Source: Limnothrix sp. BL-A-16
GTDB lineage: Bacteria > Cyanobacteriota > Cyanobacteriia > CACIAM-69d
Direction of reading: 5' to 3'
Length of the DNA stretch: 64,000 nucleotides
Assembly: GCA_041937175.2 (NCBI GenBank)
Contig: CP166615.1
Location: 2,784,001-2,848,000, forward strand
Both the position numbers and the translations under genes were made by a program. Shown here piece after piece: positions 41,387-50,945 of this stretch. Every line of letters begins with the position of its first letter. The stretch's first letter is position 1. The notes below the pieces were generated by a model, which was not told where the DNA came from, ran no database searches, and saw only the letters and a program-made list of their open reading frames with translations.

Positions 41387-41518
41387 GCGCGCACAAGTGA
41401 AAGTCCTGGAGGACTCGGTGTTGTTTTAGTCCGGCACAATATACACCGCCATTGACAGCTCCTCCGTACAGCCTGTGCAAATTTTGGGCTACACCACGGT
41501 TGGGGCCGACGGGGCCGA

Positions 41519-42337
41519 TTAGGCAAACAGGGCACTCAGCCAGAATAGACCATCCACAAAGAGAGTGCCCAACAGGGCCGCGCTAAACACCATCCAGCCA
41601 GCATCTTGAGATCGCTTGGCCCACCAGCCTGCGCCAATTCCGGCAAATAGCAACGTACCTGCCAACAGCGCAGCCAGGCCCAGGCCAAAGGGGGTGTGCA
41701 TTTTGGCTAAGGCTCCATGCAGGATGGGCGCAACGGTGTGAAGATCAGCGCTTTCGGCGGCGATCGCCTCGCGCCAGGCGGGCATCAAGTCCACGCAATA
41801 GAAGTAGCTATCGGTAATAGCGGTTCCCAGCAAGGAGCCGAGATAGAACAGGCTGCCAATTCGTCCCCAGCTCGATCGCACGGCGATTAGCGCCAAAGGC
41901 AGGGCGATCGCCTCCATGGGCAGGTGAACCGTGGGTTCCCAACGCAACCAGCCCCAATAGAGCGAACCCGCCAGCCAACTCCAGCTAAACCCGACTAACA
42001 AATCGCCCCAAACCCGCCACTTGGGCAATTCCAGCCACCGGGCCCCCAACAGGCTCCAGACCAGGGTGAGGGCGGTGCAGAGGATCGGAAACGATCGCAC
42101 CAAGGGGGCTTCCACAAACACGGGCCCCGACACCAGGAACAACCCCGCCACAAACATCCAACCCAAGGCCACGGGCGATCGGGCCGCTAGCGGCGGGGCA
42201 GGGGAAATTACGGTTGTCTCATCAGGGTGATCGCCAGCCGAGGCATCCGCCGCCAGATTCGCGGACATCAAACGACCGGGGCCAGCCGATCGACGAAACG
42301 GCGTGATGGCGCTGGCTGAGGAAGGATAGGCAACCAA
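41519..42337 (-). CDS. DUF3120 family membrane protein
   Basis: FLVSGPVFVEAPLVR, WGDLLVGFSWSWLAGSLYWGWLRWEP, GSLLGTAITD. Confidence 0.8.
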   Translation of the reverse strand: MVAYPSSASAITPFRRSAGPGRLMSANLAADASAGDHPDETTVISPAPPLAARSPVALGWMFVAGLFLVSGPVFVEAPLVRSFPILCTALTLVWSLLGARWLELPKWRVWGDLLVGFSWSWLAGSLYWGWLRWEPTVHLPMEAIALPLALIAVRSSWGRIGSLFYLGSLLGTAITDSYFYCVDLMPAWREAIAAESADLHTVAPILHGALAKMHTPFGLGLAALLAGTLLFAGIGAGWWAKRSQDAGWMVFSAALLGTLFVDGLFWLSALFA

Positions 42338-42587
42338 AATGAGAAAACCTGCGACCTTGGTTAGGTTTATTAATTTTTATCTTTAGTTTTCTTAACATAC
42401 CATAGCCCCCATAGTGGATCACCAATAGCGATTGGTTTTCGGGATGCGGCAAAATCAGCCACAATATCAGCCGCGATCGGGATGATGGCGGAGGAAGTCC
42501 GTTGGGTAGCATGGCAAGGAAGGCGGATTGCGAATCAAGGACAGCGTATTCAGTCCTTAGAAATTCAGAAGAAATTCAGAACAGTGG

Positions 42588-43631
42588 TTGAAGGTGCTGA
42601 GCATTTTCAGGCATGGTTGGGGTCAATCAGGTTTAACGATGGGTAATTCACAGCAAGGGCGATCGAGCAGCAAAGGGCAGAGTCAAACCAAGCGGGTTTA
42701 CCGCTGGTGGGCCGGGATGGGGCTGGGGGTTTGGCTGGTGGGCTTGGGGGCTGCGGCCCAAGCGGCTGACCCAACGGTTCCGGTGAGTGATGGGGTGAGC
42801 TGGCTGGAGGCGATCGGCCTGGGGCTGGTGCAAGGGCTGACGGAATTTTTACCCATCAGTAGCACGGCCCACCTGAAGGTTGTACCCGTGGCGCTCGGTT
42901 GGGGCGATCCAGGCGTGGCCTACACGGCGGTGATCCAACTGGGGAGCATCGCGGCGGTGCTGACTTATTTTTGGGCCGATTTAACGGCCTTGGCGATCGG
43001 GTCAGCCCAAGCCATTTCCCGCAAGGATTGGGGCGATCGGCAGTTTCGGATTGCCCTTGGCATTGGCCTGGGAACGTTGCCCATTGTGGTGGGCGGCTTA
43101 GCGATTAAGAAATTCATCCCCGATTTTGATCATTCCCCGCTGCGGAGCTTGGGGGCGATCGCGATCGCCTCGATTGTCATGGCCCTGCTGCTGGGTTTGG
43201 CGGAAGTGACCGGCAGCCGCCACCGCCACTACAACGCCCTGGGCCTGAACGATGGGTTAATTTTAGGGGCGGCCCAAGCCCTGGCCCTGATTCCCGGGGT
43301 CTCGCGATCGGGATCAACCCTGACGGCGGGCCTGTTGTCTGGCATCGATCGGGCAGCGGCGGCGCGTTTCTCCTTTCTGCTGGGCATCCCCGCCATTACC
43401 CTGGCGGGATTGGTGGAACTGGTGGGTGTTTTGAAAGAAGGGTTGCCGGCCGGCGCGGGGTTGTCGCTAACGGTGGGCGTTGTGGTGTCGGCGGTGTCGT
43501 CCTATGCGGCGATCGCTTGGTTGCTGAAGTTTTTGCAAACCCAAAACACTTGGATTTTTGTGATCTATCGATTGATCTTTGGGGTGGCGATTTTGGGGTC
43601 GATCGGGTTGGGGTGGTTGCCCAATCAATAG
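42588..43631 (+). CDS. uppP: Undecaprenyl-diphosphate phosphatase
   Basis: QGLTEFLPISSTAHL, ALIPGVSRSGST, ARFSFLL; true start probably downstream of 42588. Confidence 0.95.
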   Translation: MKVLSIFRHGWGQSGLTMGNSQQGRSSSKGQSQTKRVYRWWAGMGLGVWLVGLGAAAQAADPTVPVSDGVSWLEAIGLGLVQGLTEFLPISSTAHLKVVPVALGWGDPGVAYTAVIQLGSIAAVLTYFWADLTALAIGSAQAISRKDWGDRQFRIALGIGLGTLPIVVGGLAIKKFIPDFDHSPLRSLGAIAIASIVMALLLGLAEVTGSRHRHYNALGLNDGLILGAAQALALIPGVSRSGSTLTAGLLSGIDRAAAARFSFLLGIPAITLAGLVELVGVLKEGLPAGAGLSLTVGVVVSAVSSYAAIAWLLKFLQTQNTWIFVIYRLIFGVAILGSIGLGWLPNQ

Positions 43632-44566
43632 TTGATTTCTAGGGTGGCCTTGGCCTGTTTTAGGCGATCGAGCAAGGCCAGGGGCAATTGAAATTGATTT
43701 AAGCTGTCGCGGCGTTCAGCCTTGGTGCTGGGGGCGGGGCCATGGTAATCACTGCCGCCCGTGGCCAACAATCCATAGCGATCACACAGTTCCAAAAGGC
43801 GCTTTTGCTCCGTCAGGCTGTGGTTGGGATGATAAACCTCCAAGCCCAACAGCCCCGCCGCCACCAGTTCCGGCAAGGTGTCTTCCACATTGCCCCCACG
43901 AAACAGGTAAGGATGGGCCCAAACGGGCACGGCCCCGGCCGATCGGAGCAGGTTCATGCCTTCCACGATCGAAAATTTGTCGTATTGCACATGGGCCGGG
44001 CGATCGTCCCCCAAAAATCGGGTAAACGCCTCCTGGGCCGACGTGACATGGCCCGCCGCCACCAGCGCTTGGGCGATGTGCGGTCGGCCAGGAGCCATGT
44101 TTCCAGGCAATTCCGGCAGCTCGATCGGGTAGCCCAACTCCGCCAACTTTTCCGCCATCCGTTGGGCCCGCTGGCGACGGCCGGCCAAGCGCACCGCCAG
44201 CGGTTCATGAATTCGATCGCGATCGGGATAAAACCCCAAAATATGGAGCGATCGCCCGTTGTGAACCACACTCAGTTCCAACCCCGGCACAATTTCGAGC
44301 CGATCGCCCGCCGCCTCGATCGCCTCATCCCAACCAGCGCAGGTGTCGTGATCCGTAATGGCCAAGGCCCGCACCCCCGCCTCGATCGCCGCCGCCACCA
44401 ACTGTGTCGGAGTCAGCGTGCCATCGGAAAATGTCGTATGACAATGCAATTCCAGCAAAATTTCCTCCTGCCCCTTTTGCTCATTCCTGTCTGGTCTAAT
44501 CTGAATCTTTCTGATCCTGGCTACTCCTGGCCAAGTCCCTGGCGGTTGTCGCCAAACCTGAGACAA
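43625..44566 (-). CDS. PHP domain metal-dependent phosphoesterase (TrpH/YciV-like)
   Basis: LHCHTTFSDG, AITDHD, GRPHIA, WAHP, GGSDYHG; start uncertain. Confidence 0.9.
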   Translation of the reverse strand: MSQVWRQPPGTWPGVARIRKIQIRPDRNEQKGQEEILLELHCHTTFSDGTLTPTQLVAAAIEAGVRALAITDHDTCAGWDEAIEAAGDRLEIVPGLELSVVHNGRSLHILGFYPDRDRIHEPLAVRLAGRRQRAQRMAEKLAELGYPIELPELPGNMAPGRPHIAQALVAAGHVTSAQEAFTRFLGDDRPAHVQYDKFSIVEGMNLLRSAGAVPVWAHPYLFRGGNVEDTLPELVAAGLLGLEVYHPNHSLTEQKRLLELCDRYGLLATGGSDYHGPAPSTKAERRDSLNQFQLPLALLDRLKQAKATLEINY

Positions 44567-44872
44567 GTCTCGGGGTATCTGTTACAAATCTTCACCAAAA
44601 CCGCCACCGATTGATCCCCCGGCCAAGGCCTTTTGCGGAGGATCTGGGATCAGCAACCGCCCTCTGAATCGATCGCCCCTAAGTAAACCCAAGCCAACGA
44701 TTTCCCGATCGACGAAAACCGACTGGGCCATGGTTTGACCCCATTTTTGCTCAGGGGTCTCGGCCCATCCCAGCCCCGGGCGATCGCCCCAATCAGGAGT
44801 CAATTAGCCCGAAGGTTTTGCCGCGAAAAAACTTTGGTAGAGTGGAAACGATATTCCGATACTCTCGATATT

Positions 44873-45361
44873 ATGAGCGTAGTTAGCCAAGTCATTCTGA
44901 AAGCCGACGACGAGCTTCGCTACCCTAGCAGTGGCGAGCTTAAGAGCATCTCGGAATTTTTAAAAACCGGCGAGCAGCGTATTCGGATTGCCCAAACGCT
45001 GGCCGACAGTGAGAAAAAGATTGTGCAAGAAGCCAGCCGCAAGCTGTGGCAACGTCGCCCGGACTTTATTGCTCCTGGCGGCAATGCCTATGGCCAACGG
45101 GAGCGGAACCAGTGCCTTCGGGACTATGGCTGGTATCTGCGACTGGTGACCTACGGCGTGTTGGCGGGCGACAAGGAACCGATCGAAACCATTGGTCTGG
45201 TGGGCGCACGCGAAATGTACAACTCCTTGGGTGTCCCGCTGCCGGGGATGGTGGAAGCCGTGCGTTGTCTCAAGGAAGCCACTTTGGGCCTTCTGAGCAC
45301 CGAAGATGCTGCGGCTGCCGAGCCTTACTTCGACTACATCATTCAGGGCATGGCGGCCTAG
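44873..45361 (+). CDS. apcD: Allophycocyanin alpha-B subunit
   Basis: [35 protein letters not shown]. Confidence 0.96.
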   Translation: MSVVSQVILKADDELRYPSSGELKSISEFLKTGEQRIRIAQTLADSEKKIVQEASRKLWQRRPDFIAPGGNAYGQRERNQCLRDYGWYLRLVTYGVLAGDKEPIETIGLVGAREMYNSLGVPLPGMVEAVRCLKEATLGLLSTEDAAAAEPYFDYIIQGMAA

Positions 45362-45453
45362 GGCCGTTCCTTCAGAGACCAAAAACCCATGAAATTTGGT
45401 TTGCGTTCAAGGTCGTTTTCGGGCGATCGCGGTGGGCGCAGGCTGCAATCACA

Positions 45454-45488
45454 GGGGGTGGAGATGTGGGCTGCATCTCTACCCCTTT
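45454..45488 (+). terminator. Hairpin terminator after apcD
   Basis: GGGGTGGAGATG-loop-CATCTCTACCCC-TTT. Confidence 0.55.
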
Positions 45489-45689
45489 GCGTGTCTGAGG
45501 CTGGCTGAAACGGTTGCTCTCGGCCCACATCTGACCAAACAGAACGCTAGCAGCAATCCGGCTTGAGCAAGAATTAGAATCAAGAATTCAGACATTAGAA
45601 ATCAGGTATTTGCCCCCTGTAGTGGCGTGACAGGCTGATTTTAGTGGGCTAAATCAAATAACTTTTACCGCCACCAAATCGTTAGGCCG

Positions 45690-45709
45690 CAAGGGGCTTA
45701 AGCCCCTTG
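45690..45709. repeat. 20-bp palindrome CAAGGGGCTTAAGCCCCTTG with family A-like flanks but no clear TIRs
   Basis: Identical to the copies at 3805, 14085, 20555, 23501 and 35381. Confidence 0.85.
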
Positions 45710-45765
45710 TTACGACGATTAGCTCCGCGAATTAAAGCAGGCGCTCTAGTAGGTGCAATTAGGCG

Positions 45766-46710
45766 ATGGTTTGTGGATTTTTGAACTTGTGCAAACCGGC
45801 GGGCTTCACGTCTCACGATTGCGTGGCCAAAGTGCGGCGGCTGACGCGGTGCAAACGGACGGGCCATGGGGGCACGTTGGATCCGGCCGCGATCGGGGTG
45901 TTGCCGATCGCCCTGGGGCCCGCCACGCGCCTGTTGCAATTTTTGCCGGGGGCGAAATCCTACGCAGCCACGGTGCGCCTTGGCATCACCACCACCACCG
46001 ACGACCTGGAAGGAGAAGTGCTGACGGCACAATCACCCGAGGCATTAACCAGCCTGACCCTGGAAGCCATTTCCAGCCAAATATCGCAATTTATTGGCCA
46101 AATTCGACAAATTCCGCCCCAATACAGCGCTATTCAGGTGGATGGTCAGCGGCTCTACGATTTGGCTCGGCAAGGCAAAACTGTGGAAGTGCCGGAGCGA
46201 CAAGTGCAGGTTGATCGGATCTCGATCGAGGCTTGGCGACCAGGAACCGAGCCAGAGTTAGACTTAACGATCGACTGTGGCCCCGGAACCTATATCCGCT
46301 CGATCGCCCGAGATTTGGGCGCGGCCTTGGGCGTGGGGGGCACGTTGGCCCATTTGAAACGAACGGCCAGCGGCGGCTTCACCTTGGAAGACAGCCTGAC
46401 GCTGGAGCAATTGGAAGGGGCGATCGGGCAAGGGTGGCAACCGATCGACCCGGCCTTGGGTTTGGCCCATTTGCCCACGGTGACTTTGGCGGAAGCGGCC
46501 GTGAAGCGCTGGTTTTTTGGCCAGGCGATCGCCCTCTCGGAATGGCCGCCAACACCGCCTGGCGGCGAATCCCTCAAGCAGGAGCAAACCGACCCGATCG
46601 CCCGTGTCTTGGATCAGTCGGGTCGGTTGTTGGGAGTTGGGGCCCTAACGACGGGAGAGGCGGGGCCGTTATTGGCTCCGCGTGTCGTCTTGCCACAGGA
46701 ACACAGCTAG
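45766..46710 (+). CDS. truB: tRNA pseudouridine(55) synthase
   Basis: KPAGFTSHD, GHGGTLDP, PPQYSA, GTYIRSIARD. Confidence 0.96.
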   Translation: MVCGFLNLCKPAGFTSHDCVAKVRRLTRCKRTGHGGTLDPAAIGVLPIALGPATRLLQFLPGAKSYAATVRLGITTTTDDLEGEVLTAQSPEALTSLTLEAISSQISQFIGQIRQIPPQYSAIQVDGQRLYDLARQGKTVEVPERQVQVDRISIEAWRPGTEPELDLTIDCGPGTYIRSIARDLGAALGVGGTLAHLKRTASGGFTLEDSLTLEQLEGAIGQGWQPIDPALGLAHLPTVTLAEAAVKRWFFGQAIALSEWPPTPPGGESLKQEQTDPIARVLDQSGRLLGVGALTTGEAGPLLAPRVVLPQEHS

Positions 46711-46716
46711 TTCCCT

Positions 46717-47499
46717 TCAAAACCAATCGGCTTCGGGATCGGGATCGGGATCTATGCCGGAATTAAGGCCGGAATGATGAACCGAGGGGAATTGTTTTTC
46801 CAGAGCAGCCCAGTCCATTTCGGAAGCCGGCCGATCGGCCGTGAGCTGGCCCTGAGTGAGCACCCAACAGCGGGTGGCGATCGGGGCCGCCCTCAGACCG
46901 GCCGCCGTGGTGGCGGTGCAAACAACTGCGGCGGTTTGGGAGCTGAACGCTTGATTTTGCAATAGGTTTTGCAGGCGATCGCTCTGTTCCGTGGTTAAGC
47001 CCTCAAACCCATCGCCCAACAGCAGCACCAACGGTTGCAACAAACTAGCCCGCGCGATCGCCACCCAATGTTGCTCGGCAGCGGTCAGTTGAAAGGCTTG
47101 GCGGGTTAACCAACTGGTGGGAATTCCAAAGCGATCGCAGGTTTCCTGAATGGCCGTTTCGATCGCCCGAGAGTCTTGCCGCAACAACGCCAGGGGATAG
47201 GCCAAGGTTGCCGCCACCGTCGGAGCCAGCAAGGTCGATCGAGGAGCCACCCAAGCCACCCGCCGCCGCAGGGCCACGGGATCCAGCGTTTGCACCCGCT
47301 GTCCCTGAACCAGCACATCGCCAACCGTTGGCTCCGACAGCCGCACCCACCAGCGCAAAATCTCTGGGGCCTGCGCTCCCACAATCAACAGTCGCTCTCC
47401 GGGTTCGATCGCCCCCGTAATGGGCCCCAAGGGCGATCGACCGCCTTGGGTTGCGCCTTGGCAAGCTAACAGGGGCGATCGAGGGGTGGCTGCATCCAT
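46717..47499 (-). CDS. ABC ATPase-like protein with degenerate catalytic motifs
   Basis: ABC fold spacing recognisable (GERLLIVG, EPTVGDVLVQG, LRRRVAWV, VAIARA..QP.VLLL) but Walker A/B and the signature are altered. Confidence 0.75.
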   Translation of the reverse strand: MDAATPRSPLLACQGATQGGRSPLGPITGAIEPGERLLIVGAQAPEILRWWVRLSEPTVGDVLVQGQRVQTLDPVALRRRVAWVAPRSTLLAPTVAATLAYPLALLRQDSRAIETAIQETCDRFGIPTSWLTRQAFQLTAAEQHWVAIARASLLQPLVLLLGDGFEGLTTEQSDRLQNLLQNQAFSSQTAAVVCTATTAAGLRAAPIATRCWVLTQGQLTADRPASEMDWAALEKQFPSVHHSGLNSGIDPDPDPEADWF

Positions 47500-47754
47500 A
47501 GCAATTGGGTTGGATCGTCGGTTTTGGATCGTCGGTTTTGGATGGTCTATGCCGTTGCAGCGGCATTCAGCCCAGGTCTAGCCCATGGATGAGGTCGCTG
47601 GTAGGAATATTTGCGGGAAATGCTCACGGGAAATGCCGACGAAAAATTTCCGCGAGAAATTCTGAGAAACCCAATGCGGGATTGGGCGGGTTTTCTGTCA
47701 AAATAAGTGCCAAGAAATATTACAGAACGTTATCAAAATTAGAGAGGGTCGGTG

Positions 47755-47997
47755 ATGGCGTTTTTTCGGCAGTATGTGGCTCCCTTTCTGGTGGTGTTGA
47801 TCTTCGCGGTGGCATTGATCGCCGTCAGTGCGCGGATCTTCTTGCCCAATGATTTGGCCGCGCCCGCACCGATCGGGGCGATCGATTTCCCTTCCCCCAT
47901 TGCTCAACAAACCACGTCCTCTGCACCGTTGCCGCCTTCCCTGTCTGCGTTGGTGCAAGGGTCTGCGCCCGATTTGGATCTCTCTGCCAGTTTGTAG
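47755..47997 (+). CDS. Small conserved cyanobacterial membrane protein
   Basis: FFRQYVAPFLVVLIFAVALIAVSARIFLPNDLAAPAP; single transmembrane segment. Confidence 0.7.
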   Translation: MAFFRQYVAPFLVVLIFAVALIAVSARIFLPNDLAAPAPIGAIDFPSPIAQQTTSSAPLPPSLSALVQGSAPDLDLSASL

Positions 47998-48030
47998 CCT
48001 GCGGGTTGGAGTCTGCGGACTAATGCCGCC

Positions 48031-48609
48031 ATGAATCAGCCATCCGACCCAGGGCCGGAGCCTGGGATGGGGCAACAATCCAATCAGTTACCCACGGGCT
48101 ATCGATTACGGCGGGGTAGCCGGGCCGATCGCCCCCAATTGTTGGCGGGGTTAGCGGCCACCTACCGGGAGCTAATGCCCCTGAGTCCAGATCCAACGGC
48201 GATCGCCCTGTTGGTCGATCGACTCTGGACGGCCGATGGGCAACTGTGGTGGGTGGAAGCGGTCACGGCTCAAGCCAGTGACGGTCAATCTAACGGTCAA
48301 TCTTGGGTTGCGGGTCTGTGGTTGGGCTGGGCGATCGACCCGGAAACCGGCCAGCGACGGGCCCAACTGCTCTGGCTCTATGTGCAACCGACGGAACGGC
48401 GGCGCGGCTTGGCTCGGGCCCTGCTGCATCAAGCGGAACAGCAGGCTAAACAGGCCGGCTGCGATCGCCTGGGGCTGCAAGTGGGAGCCAGTAACCAAGC
48501 AGCGATCGCCCTTTATCAATCCTTGGGCTATCAGACCCGATCGCTGGAACTGGTGAAATCTTGGGATGGGGCGGCATTCAGCGACACCGACGCACCAGCC
48601 ACGCCGTGA
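48031..48609 (+). CDS. GNAT family N-acetyltransferase
   Basis: LYVQPTERRRGLARALL, NQAAIALYQSLGY. Confidence 0.88.
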   Translation: MNQPSDPGPEPGMGQQSNQLPTGYRLRRGSRADRPQLLAGLAATYRELMPLSPDPTAIALLVDRLWTADGQLWWVEAVTAQASDGQSNGQSWVAGLWLGWAIDPETGQRRAQLLWLYVQPTERRRGLARALLHQAEQQAKQAGCDRLGLQVGASNQAAIALYQSLGYQTRSLELVKSWDGAAFSDTDAPATP

Positions 48610-49820
48610 TAGAGCGCACCCAGGCCCCACAGTTGCCAAAACCAACGCACGCGCACCAACAAAATGAGGGCTAGCCCCAAGCTCACCCCAATCGATCGCT
48701 GCCAAACGGATCCCAAATCGCCAAGAGTGGTTGGCCCACCGGCCAAGGTCATGTGCATCCCGATCGCCACCAGGGCCGGAATCGCCGCCAGGTGTAGGGT
48801 GCGCCAGTGGGAGCCTAACCAGCGCATGGCTCGATCGAAACTGGTGAGGGCCAACAACGTTAGCAGCCCGATCGCCCCCACACCGGCCCAAATTCCCACC
48901 TGCTGGCGAGGGTGCAAAAAGCCCACCGCCGCCCAATCCCAATCCAGGGAATGATCGAACATATGGCCCATGTGCGCCAGGGCCAACAACCAAGCACCCA
49001 CCCCGATCGCCCGGCGATAGCGCAGGGGGGCCGCCCACAACCGACTGATGGGCCGGGCGATCAGGGACAAACTTAGCAGCACCAAGGAACCATAGCCCGT
49101 CAGATCCTGCATGGCGCTGGTGCGGCCCAGGGTTAACAGCCCGATCGCGATCGTCACCCAACCGGCCATCCGAAAAAGTTGGCTGCGTCGATCCTGACCA
49201 ATGGAGCCAGCCCAAGCGCCCGTTAAAACCATGGTGGGCAAGGTTCCCAGCCCAAAAATCAGCATGGTCAAGCTGCCCCCGATCGCGCTGCCGGTTTCCG
49301 CCGCCTTAATTTGGGCCGCATACAAAAATCCACAGGGAATTAGCCCCCAAACCAGCCCCACGGCCAACGGCATCCACCAACGGGTTTGGCCAGCAATGGT
49401 GAGCATGGTTTTTTCGAGGCGATCGCGCTGGGGCCCCCGGGCCAGGGGATGCCAAAGAGGCAAGCGGGGCAACCATTGGGGTCGCACTTGGGCAAGGCCA
49501 AACCAAATCAACATCAACCCCGTCAGGACACTCAGGCTTTGGCGCAGGGGGCTATCAATCCCCGTCAGTTGTCCGCCCGCCACCAACAGAGATCCCAAAC
49601 TCCCGATCGCCCCGCCCGCGATCGCGTAGCTGAGAATTCGCCCCAAGTTCAGCAACAAATGGAACCGGCCCAACTGCCACCAAGTTTTTGCGCCCGCTGG
49701 TGGCAAAGACCGAGACTCTCCCGACAGGGCAAAGGCCACCGCCAAGGGGCCACACATACCCGCACAGTGGCCAAAGCTACCCAAAAAACCCAGCGCCCAA
49801 ATCAAGCCCCAGTCGAGCAT
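48531..49820 (-). CDS. TauE/SafE-DsbD_2-type membrane protein fused to a ferric-reductase-like transmembrane domain
   Basis: GFLGSFGHCAGMCGP, NLGRILSY, GLIPCGFLY, FGLGTLP; then RRAIGV, LAHMGH, LALTS, WRTLH. Confidence 0.8.
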   Translation of the reverse strand: MLDWGLIWALGFLGSFGHCAGMCGPLAVAFALSGESRSLPPAGAKTWWQLGRFHLLLNLGRILSYAIAGGAIGSLGSLLVAGGQLTGIDSPLRQSLSVLTGLMLIWFGLAQVRPQWLPRLPLWHPLARGPQRDRLEKTMLTIAGQTRWWMPLAVGLVWGLIPCGFLYAAQIKAAETGSAIGGSLTMLIFGLGTLPTMVLTGAWAGSIGQDRRSQLFRMAGWVTIAIGLLTLGRTSAMQDLTGYGSLVLLSLSLIARPISRLWAAPLRYRRAIGVGAWLLALAHMGHMFDHSLDWDWAAVGFLHPRQQVGIWAGVGAIGLLTLLALTSFDRAMRWLGSHWRTLHLAAIPALVAIGMHMTLAGGPTTLGDLGSVWQRSIGVSLGLALILLVRVRWFWQLWGLGALYHGVAGASVSLNAAPSQDFTSSSDRV

Positions 49821-50138
49821 CTTCCCAGATCCCGTTTTCCTGTGATTCCCCAATTCCCTCCGGTCGATCGCTCCCGGCAACCGAAAACCTGAGGAAGTTC
49901 TCCGCAATGGCGCTGTTTTGGTTGAGTCCTGAACTCGATCGCCATCATGCTGATTAGCCCAACCGGATTAGCTCAACTGGATTAGCTCAACCCTGATTGG
50001 CACTCAACTCGATCGGTGCAAACGGTTGGTTAACCCAATCAAGGTTCCAGCAAGAAGACAAAATTCAGCACAGCGATTACGTTAAAAAAGCGGGGAATGA
50101 TCCCGTCAGTATTTTTGAGCTTACCCGTAATTGGTTTC

Positions 50139-50945
50139 ATGCCTGCCCAGTGGTATCACGGTCAACCCCTCGATCAGCGCACCATTACCCTGGATGTCAC
50201 GGATCCGGGGTTGATGTTTGGGGCCACAACTTTCACAACCTTGCGCATTTACGATCGCAATCTCCATGGGCCCATGACCCAATGGCTGGCTCACCGCGAT
50301 CGGCTCTCCAACACCCGCAGCCAATTGGGACTGCCCCAACCGGATTGGGAACAGGTGGAACAGGGCGCAACCCTGCTGGCGGCTGAATATCCGGTGGTGC
50401 GGGTCACTCTTTTTCCCGATGGGCGGGAGTGGATTTTAGGGCGAGAATTGCCACCCCATTTGACCCAAAAACAAACGCAAGGAATTGTGGCTTGGGTAGC
50501 CCAAGCAGCCCACTACCGCCGTTCGATCGCGATTCACAAAACGGGTAATTATTTTCCCTGTTGGCTGGCGTTGCAGACGGCCCAGCAGCAGTTTCTGGGC
50601 CCCGAAGCGGCGGCCGAAGCGATTTTGATTGATGAAGATGAACGCTGGCTGGAAACCAGCACGGGCAATCTCTGGGGATTTCGCGATGGGCGTTGGTGGA
50701 CTCCGCCCCTGGGGGATTGCTTACCGGGCATTGCTCGATCGCACCTGATTCGCCAGCTTCAACGCCATGGGCAACCGGTCGGCGTTGACCAGCCTTGGAC
50801 CGCCGATTGGGTGGAAGGATGCGAGGCGATCGCCTATTCCAACAGCGTAGTGGAGGTGATTCCCTTCCATGCGGTGCTGGATGGCCACCGGGTACATCGC
50901 TTGGCGATCGAACCCGTGGCCGAACTCCAGTCCCTCTACCACTAG
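50139..50945 (+). CDS. Aminotransferase class IV (4-amino-4-deoxychorismate lyase-like)
   Basis: FGATTFTTLR, HRDRL, HKTGNY, ETSTGNLW, LPGIAR. Confidence 0.85.
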   Translation: MPAQWYHGQPLDQRTITLDVTDPGLMFGATTFTTLRIYDRNLHGPMTQWLAHRDRLSNTRSQLGLPQPDWEQVEQGATLLAAEYPVVRVTLFPDGREWILGRELPPHLTQKQTQGIVAWVAQAAHYRRSIAIHKTGNYFPCWLALQTAQQQFLGPEAAAEAILIDEDERWLETSTGNLWGFRDGRWWTPPLGDCLPGIARSHLIRQLQRHGQPVGVDQPWTADWVEGCEAIAYSNSVVEVIPFHAVLDGHRVHRLAIEPVAELQSLYH

